The position numbers and the translations under genes were made by a program. Positions 13,055 to 26,414 of a stretch of DNA of 64,000 nt are shown here, one piece after another. Source of the DNA: Marsupella aquatica (taxonomy: Eukaryota > Plantae > Marchantiophyta); contig OZ316893.1 of assembly GCA_973895155.1 (NCBI GenBank), positions 9,863,660-9,927,659 of the forward strand, written 5' to 3'. A model generated the notes under the pieces. The model saw only the letters and a program-made list of their open reading frames with translations, was not told where the DNA came from and did not search any database. The stretch's first letter is position 1. Each line of letters starts with the position of its first letter.

Positions 13055-13680
13055 ATTGAAGATGTCAAGGTGAGAAAAAGATGTTGAGGTGAGTAAAAGA
13101 GGTCAAGGAGAGAAACAGATTTTGAGGTGAGGAAAAGATGTTGAGAAAAGAAACAAATGTCAAGTAAACAGAACGATGGCAAGGCAAGGCAAGGCAAAGA
13201 TATTGATTGAGGCGAGGAAAGATAAGGGAAAATATGTTTTGGTGAGAAAAATATGTTCTTGAAGCCAAAAATGGATGTCAAAGGAGGGCAAAGACATTGA
13301 GGCAAGAAAACATGTTGAGGCAAAAAAATGTCAAGACGCCAAAAGATGTTGAGGCAAGGCAAAGATGTCAAGGTGCATAAAGCAAGAAAATAATTATAGG
13401 CTTTGCACGGTAGATGTTGAGGCATGTTATGTGTCATTGCGGCCATATAGTTGATGCAACCATGTCAAGGCAAGGCAAAGATGTTGAGATGAGGCAAAGA
13501 TGTTGAGGCAAGGCAAAGATGACGAGGAAAGTTTAGATGTTGCAGAGAAGCAAAGATGTTGGGTTGAAGCAAAAATATTGAGTGGAGGCAAAGAAGTTAG
13601 TCATGCTGTGCACACACTCAATATTTTTGCTCAATATTGAGTAACAATGCACAGAAATGCAAACGAGGCAAGAAAGTTCA
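13055..13680. repeat. Degenerate ~19-20-bp satellite (AAGATGTTGAGGCAAGGCA-like)
   Basis: Many imperfect copies of GATGT(T/C)(G/A)AGGCAAGGCAAA. Confidence 0.8.
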
Positions 13681-14418
13681 GTTGTTTAGACATCTCAGAT
13701 GTTGTTGCAACCATCCTAACATTATGCACTGTCTCATTCTGGTCATGAGGATGTTGCGGTTATTGCGACCATCTTGTTGGCAAGCCCAATGCCAAAGCAT
13801 TGCATAGAAACATTGAGTTAAGGTAAAGAAGTGTTGATTGGATGTTGGGGTTTTTAGGTGAATCAAACTGAAAATATTGGATCTGCTATAATTCTTTCTT
13901 GCTCATTTCATGTGAAAAGTTTTGTCAATGTGCATATCTTGTTCAAAATAACACATGGAATTATGTAACTCAAGTCAACTCAAAAATACTGGATAGTGCT
14001 CAAATGGGTAGTGAGAATACATGGATAAGAGTTGGGCAAAAATCTTTATTGTTGATGATACAAAAGATGGAACAAAAGTGGGGACAAAGGAGGCAAATTG
14101 GGGCAAAGAGCTAGGCTCCCGCTTGGGAAAGAATTAGAGCATAAGTGAGACTAATATAGAAATGACGGGGCATGTCAAGAAAGGTGGGTCTTGTGAAGAA
14201 ATAATGTTGGGAGCTTGATTTTATTGGGCTTCATTAAAGGAGAATTCTTTGAAAAGCTTTTTAAAAAGAATGTTGGAGGTTTGGATGGAATAAAAAAAAT
14301 TAGAACCATTTTCAAAAGCTCAAAAGAAATAAATAATTTGTTTTTGTAAAAACTGTCTTCTTCATCTTTATAATTTTAGTTTATTTTGGAAAAAGATGTT
14401 ATTGTGTGAAAGCTATCT

Positions 14419-16458
14419 TGTTGAGGAGAGCAAGAACGTGGGAGGGTGAGGAGGAGTGCAAGAGAGGTGATGGTAAGTGGTGGACCTTGCCACCCAGCGC
14501 CCTCACCAATCCCAACACTCACGCCTAAGTGCCCATGGTGCCCGAACGCCTCCCCGGAATACCTCGAGCAAGTAAACTAGTGCCCCTTGCACCACCCGCG
14601 GCCCCTCCCATACGAAGCTGCACTTGCTCTCTAACTCAACTGCTACTCAACAGTCCTCCCTATCTGCACAAGCAACCAAGCACCTCGGTAAGTAACCCTG
14701 TAGGATCTAGAACTTGTCAAGTCTAGCATCCTACTCAAGCTCAACAGACGTTGGTAAATAGGTCAGCGATAGGTCCTCCTGATGCCATAAGCCGGACCCA
14801 GAACCCACGCCCACTGTCCGTCCAGGACAACTCCTTCCTTGGGTGCAGCCCGGGTTTCCCCTCGTACCTATCCATCACCAACTGACCACCCTGACCTCAG
14901 GACATGTTCATGGCCCAAATACCGTAGCTTGTCCTAAAGCTTGTCCCAAACTTGTCCCAACACGCCGGGACCAGAATGGCCCCGACTCCCGAATCCAACC
15001 CACGATTCACACAATTGATGGTCTAGGGGCCCAACTCTCTTGGGGCTCAACCTCCACACCTACTTGGCCTTGCCCCCCCAACCCAAGCTCCCTTGGGAGT
15101 CTGAACGCGGCTTGGCTGCTGTTCGGCGGGATTTGGCAAGCGAGCGAGCTAACACCCGCAAACCCCAAAAACCCAGGGTACCCCCAGACCTTTCCAACGC
15201 ACCCAAGAAGTCCTCCAACAGACTTCCCGTTGGGAAGATATCGTCATTTCTGTTTGGCGGTTTCCCTTAGTGTCTCTACCACCGCGGCTTACGACTTCGG
15301 CTCACCCTTAGCCCCCAGGGAGACACCACTCCTCTCATATATACTTCTGGGGACCTGCCACCCCCGGACCAGCTTTGGTCCCTAAATATTTGGTCCCTAA
15401 ATATTTGGCCCCCAACCCGGATCCCATTGCGCATAATGGGCGCGCCACCAACTGGCAACGCCCATAACTTTCTTGATAGGCATCCGCAAACGGAGTGCCT
15501 TAGCCCGTTATGACCCGGCCGACCCAGTGCTCATGCCTAGGCCCTCAGGTCTGATCGCCGCTCGAGGCCCTCGACCGGCCCAACCCAGATCGGGCCACCA
15601 CTTGCGCCCTTACCGTCCGTTGCAAATGGCATCAACTCCATTGGCCTTGGGCCCAAGAGGAGCTCACACTCAAGCCCTCAGAACTCAAAGCCCATCCGGA
15701 GGTCCGGACAGCCATCCTTGAGCTCGGCCCATTTCCCCTTGACCCGACCAGCCATTGGTCAGTCCAAGTCCTTAGTGCCCTGGGCCCTCAGTCTTAACTA
15801 ATACGTGGACGACGTGCGACCGCTCGAAAGGTAGATTTTATTAATTTTGAACTAATAATTATAATTATTACCGGTAATAAGGGAACCCTAAAATCCACTT
15901 CTTTTACACGGAGTGAGGCCCAAGGGGCTTAGTGTGTGTCCCTTGCTTGGCTCCTTGCCTCGCTAGTGCCACGTCTCATTGCCCACCAGTCTCCCCATGC
16001 TAAGTCCTCCCCGGATGGCCTATCCGGGCCTGGACCATAAGAGAGCTCAGCGTCGGAGTCAGCGACGCCAGAGCTAAGTGTTAAGGTAGTCAAATTTTGC
16101 GACTTGGTATTAGAATTTACTCTTAGGTCTAGAGTTACAACTATATCACAATTAGGGCTATTAGGGCAATTAGGGTTAGGTTAGTCATGCTGTGCACACA
16201 CTATACCCACACGGTGTTTGCTTGGATAGTAAGAACTCAGTTCGTGTTACGGAGCCAGTTGAGAGATAGGGAGATCTTGTGTTGTGGATGCTTGGTATGA
16301 CGGGTCAGCCTAGAATGCAGTAAAGCTCCCCGTAAAGCTATTGTGTGTTCCCATGGACGTAGCCTCATGTGGAGATGAACCACATATCTTTCTATGTCGA
16401 CACTTGTGCGTTGGATGGTTCATGGGCTTGCCGTTGCAAGTGTCATCTATGGTCAACA
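14419..16458 (+). mobile_element. LTR-like segment (possible solo LTR)
   Basis: TGTTGA...TCAACA termini, but no matching TSD, so boundaries are uncertain. 16261-16422 is homologous to 58447-58817 once the MITE there is removed. Confidence 0.45.
15778..15926. mobile_element. MITE with CCCTGGGCCCTCA TIRs and ~8-bp TSD, copy 1
   Basis: TIRs CCCTGGGCCCTCAGTC / GAGTGAGGCCCAAGGG. Flanks CCTTAGTG / GCTTAGTG. Near-identical internal sequence to 58488-58689. Confidence 0.8.
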
Positions 16459-18286
16459 AATGACCCCCTCTAGGCTTTTTGAGTTCAAGGTGTGGTCACA
16501 CAATGCTATTGGAGGGGAACATCTTAATTTTTCTCTCCCCGTGTTTCCTATTTCTTCACTCCCCTTGCCACTCCATTCCTCCCCACCTTTTCTTGACTTT
16601 GGCACCATTACATAAAAAAAGGCAAAATTAAACAAAAAGATGAAAAAATGAGGGAGTTATATGCAAAATGAACCGATTTTGCTTTCTTCTAAAGTCTCAT
16701 AATCATACTCTATGAAAAAATTTCAAAAGTTTTGTCATGCCCCAAAAGACTCTCATTCCAACATGTGTACTTTCTCCAGGAGTTTTGGATCTGGGTGTTC
16801 TTGACGGCTTTGGAAAGATCTTGGTGAGGCGGTGAAGATCGATATGAATTGCGCCCCAAATGGTCACCAATTAAGCGAGTTACGTCAGATTTAGGTTTCG
16901 CCGTTTTTTCACATTGGCTACGCGTTTGGCGATCTTGGCGTCTTCACGACTCGATTTGGGTCAACGTATGAGCGAGTCACATCGGCTTTAGGCCTTCGCT
17001 TTCTCCTCCAATTGGTTGTCGCCTTCGGGAGCTGTAGCCGCACGCTCAATCCAGAAGACGGATCTTCACTCGCGTCGACTCTCCAGCGGACAGCTCGACG
17101 GGCGCTTCAGCTTTGTTCCTTACTGTTCGTGCACCTGCTCAACGGTTTCCTAGGCTAGCGGTGACGCCATTTCTCGGCCTGATGTGGTGGGCTCTCTCCA
17201 TCGCCTCCCCTTTCTTTTCACCTACCTCGGTTGGGCCTTTTGTCACTTCTTGATGCGTTTTTGCTTCTATCGGATTGCGGCCTGTCATGTCTGCGTTGAG
17301 AGTGTTGGCGCGGGGCAAGCGCCCATCCCCACCCCACACTTCTCCCCCGTCCTCCCCTCCCCCTCGTGGCCGTCTTTGTGTTTGCTCTTCTTCACTGGAT
17401 CTCTCTCATCTTCGTGATGACCCCATGCCCGATGCTCTGCCAGTCCCCATCGTCGCCCTACACTAGTAGAAACCGGGGGGTATTTAGACCCCATTAAACG
17501 ACTATTCAGTACCGTATAGGACTTGGAAACGACTGGGAAGGACTCTAGTCCTTTATAGGACTGCGAGTCGTATGTTTTGTTACTATAATCAACTGAGTCC
17601 TTTATAGAACTGGTTTATAAGTCGTTTAATAGACTGGATTTTCAGTCTATTTTAGTCTTTGTGTGGGTAGCTTTGGTGAGTCATTTTCAGTCTTTTATGG
17701 GCTGCGATGATGAGTCGTTGGGAACGACTAAAAAGGTTATGGAGGGTAGTCTTTAAATATACTTTGTGGGGTATGTATAAGTCTTTCATGTCAACTGGAT
17801 ATGAGTGATGAAGACCCCACTATACTACTTGGAATGAACCCACTCTTGTGCACAAATAACATATTGCATTCATGTTTTATTGTGTACTTGGAATGAACTC
17901 ACTCTATAAATTCACCATTCATCATGTTAACATTAGAATACATAGTTTCAGAAAGCCATCTTCTATACCATGTACACTAATATGAATTCACAGATTCAAA
18001 TTTCATAGACTACAAAGAAGGTCACAAAGTATTCCTCTATACCATACACACTAATACTGAAATGATAAAATAGATTCAAGTATCATAGACAATCACCATA
18101 GAGCCATAGTTTGACATCAATCACTTGTTTCATACATACAGAATTCAGAAATATCAATGTCACACACAACGTCTCCTTCATCCTCTTTACCAAATGGAAA
18201 AATTGGTACAAATATTTCTTGGATCTTTCCAAGGCAATGTCAAAATGTGACACAATTCACATGATTCTATCTACACTTGCATTCAG

Positions 18287-21200
18287 TCACTGCAGACTAA
18301 CACACTCTAATGGCCAGAGCACAAGAGATCCTATTGCATCTGCAATTATTTCCTGAGGTGGATCATCGTCTCTATTCGGAAATGGCAAATTATAATCAGA
18401 TACAATCACTGTAGTCAACAACACTACTACATGGTCATCCGGGACCACTTTGCCATGGAATTTTGCATGATCCGGTCGCAAAATGCCTGTACCCACACAT
18501 ACCTGCGAGTCATCCTCCCATGATAGAAGATTATGGACTGGCTCTGCTGTGGCTATCACCTCCACCTTACCCTGGCTGTTTTTCTTGGCTTTCCTGGGTG
18601 GCTTATACATGACATTATTCATACCTTGGTTGTGAGTCATGACTTTGGCACGAGTGTTTTGTGCTGGTGATCGAGAATTGGCTACACTCTTCTTCAAAGA
18701 ATGTGCATCCATATTTGACACTTCTGATTGTGTAGCAGGATTTCCCTGCGACATCATCTCAGTACTTGCTTCAATTGAAGCATCTACAATCTTACTTGCA
18801 TCCAATGTTGCTCCCAAGTTTCAACGTCGCTTCACCCTACTCCCACTTGGTTGAGAGTCTGTCAACTCTGAATCAACTACAATTCAGTGTCATGTCCAGC
18901 ATAAGTCAATCACTCATCACATGTGCTAAATGTACATGTCACCAACCACAAAGTTGTCACTATCTCCTTACCATTATGAACAGCCTTCTTCCCCTTCTTT
19001 GCCATTGCCATATGCTCCATGTCTGCTTCTGTTGATCAATAAACACACCACAATATTCAGGTTGAATCTATTAACCACTGAATTGTTGCTCAACATTCAT
19101 ATAGAGGAATTTAAAGCATTAGCTTACCTGATACCTCCTTGGCTATGGTCACTGAGGCACTGGGCACATCTTCTTCATTATTGCTCTTTGAATCACCTGA
19201 TACATCAATCATGATGTCACTTCAGATCCCAGTTCATCCAACCAGTTCTTACAGAAAAGATTACCTCCAACCGGCTTAAGCTTCACAAAACTCCATGCAC
19301 TTTTCAAATGTAATGTACTGGATCATAGCAGGTTACCTGTCTCAGCAACCTTCTTGCCCTTCTGCTTACTGATTACAGGGTCCTTCTCTGCCTCCACTCT
19401 TCCTGCATTCAAACCATTCACTCAATTCATGAAAACTTACTTCTAACATTTGAACATAGGACACAATGAACAATGGGCCGGTGTCATTTCCATACCTGTG
19501 TCAGATTTGCCAATTCCCTTTTTTGTTAACAAGGGCACACTTTGTACAATGTTGCCCTCATTGTTTGGTTGGGAACCACCTAATTTTTCAATCACAAGCT
19601 TGAAATTAGATTCCACTGATGCAAGAAGGTTCACTACAGATGCCTCCACAATATCCAAACGATCAGCCAATTTACTTTCCACTCGAGGGAGTCCACACTC
19701 TAATGACTTCAACCGTTCACACATCTCTGTGAGAGTTGTAGCAGTTCCCTGTCATAACACAGCTTACATATCTCAGATAACTATCCCCAAGAACTGGTTG
19801 CTTACTTCCTACTACATTTCTTTCTGATGCTCAAGGCCAAATAGTCACAGAACATACAGAATTACAACATAATCACCTGTTTGGAAGTCACACTTGTCAC
19901 CTCACTCCTTTGTTTCATGAACTCCTCTCTCACTTCTTGTGCTGATGGTTCTTCACCTGTCAATTTCTTCTGCAGTCCACATCAACATACATATGAATGA
20001 AACCAAGTGTTGATTGTCAATGAAAATGTAATAATGGTAGCAAGATGATAAGTTTGAGGCTTACTATCAGGCATGTCACTGCCTTACCAATTGTTCTTTC
20101 ACTGGAGCATAACTTCCTCTCCCAGCCTGTGAAAGGTGTTTCACTTTGCCTCGAGCATTTGACATCAGTTCACTCTTGCTCTGTCCAGCCTCCGACATGA
20201 ACTCTTTGATTAACCGTGTCCATTGATCCAGTTCCAATGATGGGGGTGGTGGCATTCTCCTGTTAGAACCATTGTCTATCCACATCCTTTTCAACCTATG
20301 CCTCTCTTGTTTCAAAATCCTCATTGCATAATCTGATATGCAATCTTCAACTGGGCCCTTACCATCATTACCAACATAGTCCCACCGTTCAAGAATGTCC
20401 TTGCAGATAGCAGCCCAATCAGCTTTGTTCTGACTCCTAAACTCTGTAATGCTCAAATCTAACCAACGCAATACTTCTCCTCTTAGGTCAGAATGCCCAA
20501 CGGTTCTTACCATCACATGTGGGAGTTATCCAACCTTCGGAATTCACTTCTACTTTACCAAATTTGTTACTGTCTCCTGCCTTGGTACTCCCTGAAGTGC
20601 TACTAGGTGTCCCTCCACGGCCTGGTGTCCCCCCACGGCCTGGGGTCCCTCCACGGCCTGATCTCCCCCCACGGCCTGGATTGCATTGTCCAAACCTCCC
20701 TGGAGTCCCTGCACATTTACAGGATCCATTTACAGTCACTTACATTAGGTAAGTATGAATCATAAATCCTGCTGCCAAATATACACTGGACTTCAGAGCA
20801 ATTCTGCAATGACCAAGTTACCTCTCCCTTGGCGCATAGATGGTTCTGGACCACCTGTCCTATTGCTTTGTCTTGATGAATTAGGGCCATTTCTCCCGCC
20901 TGTGAATGATTGCCGCCTATCTGAATGTGGATGGCCTTTGTTGTTTTCGTGATTGTCCCAATCAGAGTCTGCATGCCAACAGGTACATGCCACACTCATG
21001 GACCTGTAAGATAAACTCTTTGCCCTAGCTACACATCAGATAAGTCCATATTGAGCTAAATCTCTACTACCATCACAAAATCACTAGCACAAGGCACTTA
21101 CTTGTCCAATCATCCTCCTCACCTTTCCATTGCCCTCTGTACCCGTCTCTACCACGCTCTGGGTGTTCATATTCATCCCATCCATCTTCTACTCCATCAT

Positions 21201-21444
21201 AGTCATCATCATAATTATCAGGCGTCCCTTGCCAATAACTCTGGCTCCTTCTAGGGTATGGATTATGTGATTTCTCTCTAGCTGCCCACCTACCTGGGAC
21301 TTGATGAGGGCCCTGTGCATCCTGCACAGGTGCATTTTTCTGTGAGCCCCCTGCATCTGGGTCTCCATCCATATCCAATCTTTCCTCTTCACCCCACTCT
21401 CCAAGCCCCATGTCTGTCTCCATGTCATCACCCTCTTCCCCCAT
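18287..21444 (-). CDS. CACTA TnpA-like protein (multi-exon)
   Basis: Acidic N-terminal exon, GRGGTP repeats (~20600-20680), Ptta/En/Spm Transposase_24-like exon 20076-20516 (QWTRLIKEF...KSELMSNARGK), coiled coil 19443-19724, and a C-terminal Tnp1-type domain (FHGKVVPDDHVVV...LPFP...IGSLVLWP). GT-AG sites lie between segments; the exact exon chain is not fully resolved. Confidence 0.75.
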
Positions 21445-21621
21445 AGCTTTTGCACAGCACCCACAACCAAACAGGGAGAATCAGCACACTAAATTCAAAG
21501 TATCAATCAATTTCATGCATATCCAACTATCCTAAACATCATTCCAGGCAGCAATTCCCGTTCTATGACTCTGTGCAGGTAGTCATCCTCAACCTCATAC
21601 TTGCCAATCGCCAGCTGTTGC

Positions 21622-24600
21622 CTATTGCAAATCATCAACCTCATCATATTCCATTTGCCCAGGTTCATCATATGTCTCTCTCAATGTTAAGGGAATGTAG
21701 TCAGTCCCTGCCCGAGTTGGAAGTACAGTCTCATGACTAGGATGCTCGAATGCAGCATGGTCATCCAAACTGAACTCTACTTTACTTCCATCCATCCGCC
21801 TGTTCCGTGCTTGGCTATGGCATACCACCCTCCAGCCATGTGACTCCTCCACATCTGCAAAGAAAGCCTGTTCAACTTGGCTAGGGAAAACAAAAGGCTC
21901 AGACCATTCTGGTACTCTGGACCTAAAATTGGCCAACAAGAACCCATCATGATCACGCTTCATGGTGGCCCTTGGTCTCTGCCACTCTGATTTCACCCAT
22001 GATCCCTTCATCAATATCACTGGGACACTTGTGTTACCATAATTCAACACCCAAATGTCGGTCAACTCCCCCACGTAACCCATCTTCATCCACCCCCTCT
22101 GTTCTTTAGAGGTTCTCTGCTCAAACACAGAAATCAAACCACAATCATATGATACACAATGGTCACCCTGCTCATCCCTCACTCGATAATGATTTCCATA
22201 AGCTCTCATCCGTTTGTAGGTCAGAATAGACAATCGTGGTGGCACAGATAGAAGATACAAATCCTTCTCCATATCTGGGTGATGTCTACTATGCTCTCGA
22301 ATTGTCACCCGAATCCACTGCTCGAACTATGGGAAGGGATCCTGCTGCCCAGAGTGTGCAGCTTTTTGCATATCATATTCCCTACAATATGAGGTACAGG
22401 GATAGTTAGGTCTAAACAACACATGACAACCTAAGATCACCCTTGGAACAGACAAGAAGCATCACAACAAAGGCAAGTCAATTCAATCACTCACCTCCAC
22501 CATGGTTGCATAGGCTCTGTGTTTGCCAGCACATATGAATGAGCCTTGTCTCGAATCGCAACAGGCAGCTGAACAACACGTCCCACACCTTCAACAACCT
22601 CGCCACTCACTCCATCATCTTCACCAGATTTCCAAACTCTTGTCATAGCTTCACCAGACCCAGCCATGTACTCTGTTAGGAATCCCAACGTCTCATCCTT
22701 AATGTACCCCAATGCCATGGAAGCCTCTGGCCTGTAGTATGTTCTCACATGACCTTTCAACAACTTCATGTATCGCTCCATAGGGTACATCCATCTGGTA
22801 CTGACTGGCCCATACTGCCCTAGCTCTTCTACCACATGGATTAGGAGATGAGTCATAACATCAAAGAAAGCAGGGGGAAGTATATCTCCAAGTCACAGAG
22901 GACATAAGCAGCATCCTGCTTCAACTGCTCCAATCCTTGGGGATCCCACACTTTCACACATATACGGCGAAATACATTGCACAGTCGAAGAATGACATTA
23001 CGGACTGGTTTCTGCATGAGACCTCTGAGGCATAGGGGCAGAATGTGCTGCATCAACACATGGTAGTCATGTGTTTTCATACTGCCAAGTTTATTCTTTG
23101 TAATATGCTTCTTGAAGGCACCAGCATAGCCAGAGGGCACTTTCAGACAGCTCAATCTATACAAGAATGTCTTCCATTCATCCTGTGTGCACACATAGGG
23201 AGCTTGGAACTTGAGAAGTACATTGGGATTGCTTGCATGGGGCTTCAACCAAAGGTGAGGGCGAATCCCCTTCTGTTGCATATCAGCTCGAACTGCTCCT
23301 GTATCTTTCTCACCCGACAAGAACTTCAGCAAGCTCTCACAAATATTTTTCTCAATGTGCATGACGTCCACATTGTGTTTGCTGGGCTCGAATTCTTGCA
23401 CTCCACAAAGCAAAGAATTCAACAATAGAAACACTAATTAACCACATAGGAGGATTGTAACCAACATCAATCCACCATTGCTCCAATCTAAAATTGCAAT
23501 CATACAGGGGCTGGAGGCTAAGTACATTACCCTCCAGTACTCCAACTCCAAGTCCATCAAGGTCTGTCTTTTCACACCGTGTTTCACCACTGGATCCTCA
23601 GGTTCTCGATCAGTGACACTTCTCTTGTCCCAATCAGCCTTCCTGGCTGCCCACCTCAGGACTTGCTCTCTGGTGACCCTCTGTGGTGGGCCACGAAGCT
23701 CTGTTTTGTTGTTGAAGTGTGCAATTTGAGACCGTGTGTGCCTATAAGGATGATCAACAGGCAGATACCTTCTATGCCCCTGAAATTTCATACTGTGCAG
23801 GGCATGCAACCACTCACTTGTCACATTTTTCCCACATGGTGTGCACCCCACATAGCCCTTTGTCACTCGTCCAGATATGATGCCATGGCCTGGGTAATCT
23901 GCTATATCCAGCAAACAAATTGCATGCAGTCTAAAGGGGCTGGGTCGAAGAAGCCCCTTCAGAACATCATGGGTTAACACCCCTTCTATCCACAAAGTCT
24001 TCCACTCTTCCACTGCTGGAGCCAACATGATATCTATGAATTGCTCGGTCACAGAAGCTGGTCCAGGGATTAACAACACCATCATGACAAAAAACCTCTT
24101 TGTAGTCATCCATGGGGGAAGGTTGTAATTTAGCAGCGTAACCGGCCAACATGAATAACGGTTGTTTTTGTCTCCAAATGGGTTTACTCCATCCAGTGAT
24201 AGACCAAATCGAAAGTTCCGCTTCTCTACAGCAAACTGTGGCCACCTCTCATCAACAAATTTCCAATGGTTGGAATCTCCAATGTGACGTTGCAGGCCAT
24301 CACTGCTCTTGTTATCAGGAGTCCATGTCATCAGCTTGGAAATGGCAGGGAATCTAAACAGACGTTGTAGTCTAGGAATGAGAGGAAAATGATGAAGAAC
24401 CTTGGCAGGGTGTGTACATTTCCCTACATTCTTGTACCTGTGCTTACCACAATGAGGGCATGTCAATTTATCTGCATGCTCTTTGCGAAAGAGAACACAC
24501 CCATCAGGGCATGCGTCAATAGACACATAGTTCAGCCCAAGGTTAGACATCAATTTCCTAGCCTCGTACATATTTTTTGGAATTGAATTACCATCTGGTA

Positions 24601-25321
24601 ACACATTTCGGCGCAGGAAGGTCAACAACTCTGTCACAAATATATTGGGAACATTGTGATTGCCATAGATGTTCAACAACAACACGACAAAACCCAGCTT
24701 GGAGCAGTTCGACCCCTCGTAGATAGGAATGCAAGCTTCTTTGATGTGTTTTGGGCCCCCAAACACCCACTCCCTCTCTGCTGCACCTTCCCCAATGTCA
24801 AAGTCAGGTTCAGCTTGGCCGTCGCCAATGTGTGGCTGCGGTTCATTGTCCTCTTCTGATTCCACTGTGTCGTAAAAAGCATCAAGGTCTTCAAAAATCT
24901 CTTGAACCATTCTTGGGACATCCATCCCACCGTCCTCAGTGACTGCCTCTGCATCTCCATCTTGGTCATCCACGTTCTCATGTTGGACCCCAGGACCATC
25001 CTCTGCACAGTCTATGTCCTGCTCTACGTAGTCTCTACGCCTAGCTGTATTAGAATCCACAAAGTCAGCTCTCCACTCTTCATCAGAGGAGTCTTCTTCT
25101 GCTGGTACATTCCAAACCCTCCACCGAGGGTGCCTTTCATGTCGCAGCAGGTGAAGGTGCATAGTGTTCAAACTCAACGACTTGAATCCTTGGCACTGTG
25201 TGCATGGGCATCTCATCCTCCTACTCCTACCTTGGGCGGCCCGGGCTTGTTCACGCATCCACAATTTAGAATCATGATGCCTAATCCTAAATGGGTTGTG
25301 AAGAGGCAACCTTGGAGCCAT
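21622..25321 (-). CDS. CACTA TnpD transposase (Transpos_assoc, Transposase_21, DUF4218, DUF4216), spliced, with one apparent frameshift
   Basis: Motifs MRCPCTQC, IDACPDGCVLF, FPLIPRLQRLF, LSLDGVNPF, YNLPPW, DYPG, DVMHIEKNICE, MKTHDYHVLMQ, MTHLLIH, RWMYPMERYMK, EPFVFPSQVEQAFF. A 1-bp deficit in the G5 run at ~22873-22877 shifts YFPPAFFDVMTHL out of frame. Confidence 0.95.
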
Positions 25322-25647
25322 CACTATACACACGCACTCAGCACCCTGTCATTTTATTATGCAAGTGAAAAATACACTTCCTGTTAAGGATTTCACCCCC
25401 GACTGTACTTGCCAAAATACATAACGTTCCAAAAAAACTAAAAAACAAAAAATATAGGTGCCTGAGTCATGTACCTATTCTCAAGTGAATGAGACAAAAT
25501 TCCTAAATGTTTGAGGGTGTCAACTCCTCCGCTGTCCTCACATGTACTGCCTCTGCACGTACATCCATGACCATATCAGAGTCCAATCATGTATAGTCAT
25601 AGACACAGGTGCCAGGTGCGAGACCGGTGTGAGATGTCCTCATCTTA

Positions 25648-26178
25648 CTACCACATCAAATACGGATACCAATCCTGTTGTCGATGCCACTCAGCCCTGA
25701 GGTACTCAGGCATGTACATTAAGTCATCAAGGTCTAAACCCTGCTCATGCCATGGTGGTCTTCGATCCGTGCCTACAAGCAGTGGCAGCAGTGCCCTCCA
25801 TGGTGCACATGTTGCTACCAAGTCCCTCCACTGGGTACTAATTAGTCTATATTTGCAGATATCTTGTGCGCCAGACACCACAAGAACCCTCGGCCAGACA
25901 TGTGTAAGAACTATATCATCTGCCAAATCAGGCAACAAGGAACCACCTACAGCATCGTGCTTGTCTAACTCATCTGCTGAAAAGTAAATGTCCTCTTCCG
26001 ACTGTGCATCCTCATTCACCACAGCATTCACAACACATCCAAGGTCTGCAGGCATTATCTCGGATGGAGCTACACTCTGTCTGGTTACCAATCCACACAA
26101 GTAAGCCCAAGCAGTAGCCATGCACGATGCAACCCGTAGGAGGACCCTACATAGGGCCTGACGGTCTGGAAGAGGCAG
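25648..26178 (-). CDS. F-box-like protein (CACTA cargo)
   Basis: GSLLPDLADDIVLTHVWPRV...ICKYRLISTQWRDLV fits the F-box pattern LP.LP.DI...I..R....R.VS..W..L. No recognisable substrate-binding domain. Start codon uncertain. Confidence 0.65.
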   Translation of the reverse strand: MPLPDRQALCRVLLRVASCMATAWAYLCGLVTRQSVAPSEIMPADLGCVVNAVVNEDAQSEEDIYFSADELDKHDAVGGSLLPDLADDIVLTHVWPRVLVVSGAQDICKYRLISTQWRDLVATCAPWRALLPLLVGTDRRPPWHEQGLDLDDLMYMPEYLRAEWHRQQDWYPYLMW

Positions 26179-26414
26179 CATCCCCACCAAAGTCTTCAGC
26201 CAAACAGAGCCCAGCAAGTAGATTCACAGTCACACCCCACGCAGCAGGAAACAACAATCACTTCAACTGCGACCAACCATGACAAGATGAGTTAGTTCAA
26301 GGATCACATTTATTACAAAATTGTGTTTTATACAAAAATATGAGGGACTCCTACTCCTCACTCTCTCCCACCTTTGCTAAGCATACATCTCCGCTGAATC
26401 TTGGAGGGCCAGGC

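Noticed and set aside
16152-16184. TTAGGG-like units as a telomere or CRE target site
   Set aside because: Only about four degenerate units, inside LTR-like sequence and roughly 0.9 kb from the apparent CRE 5' part.
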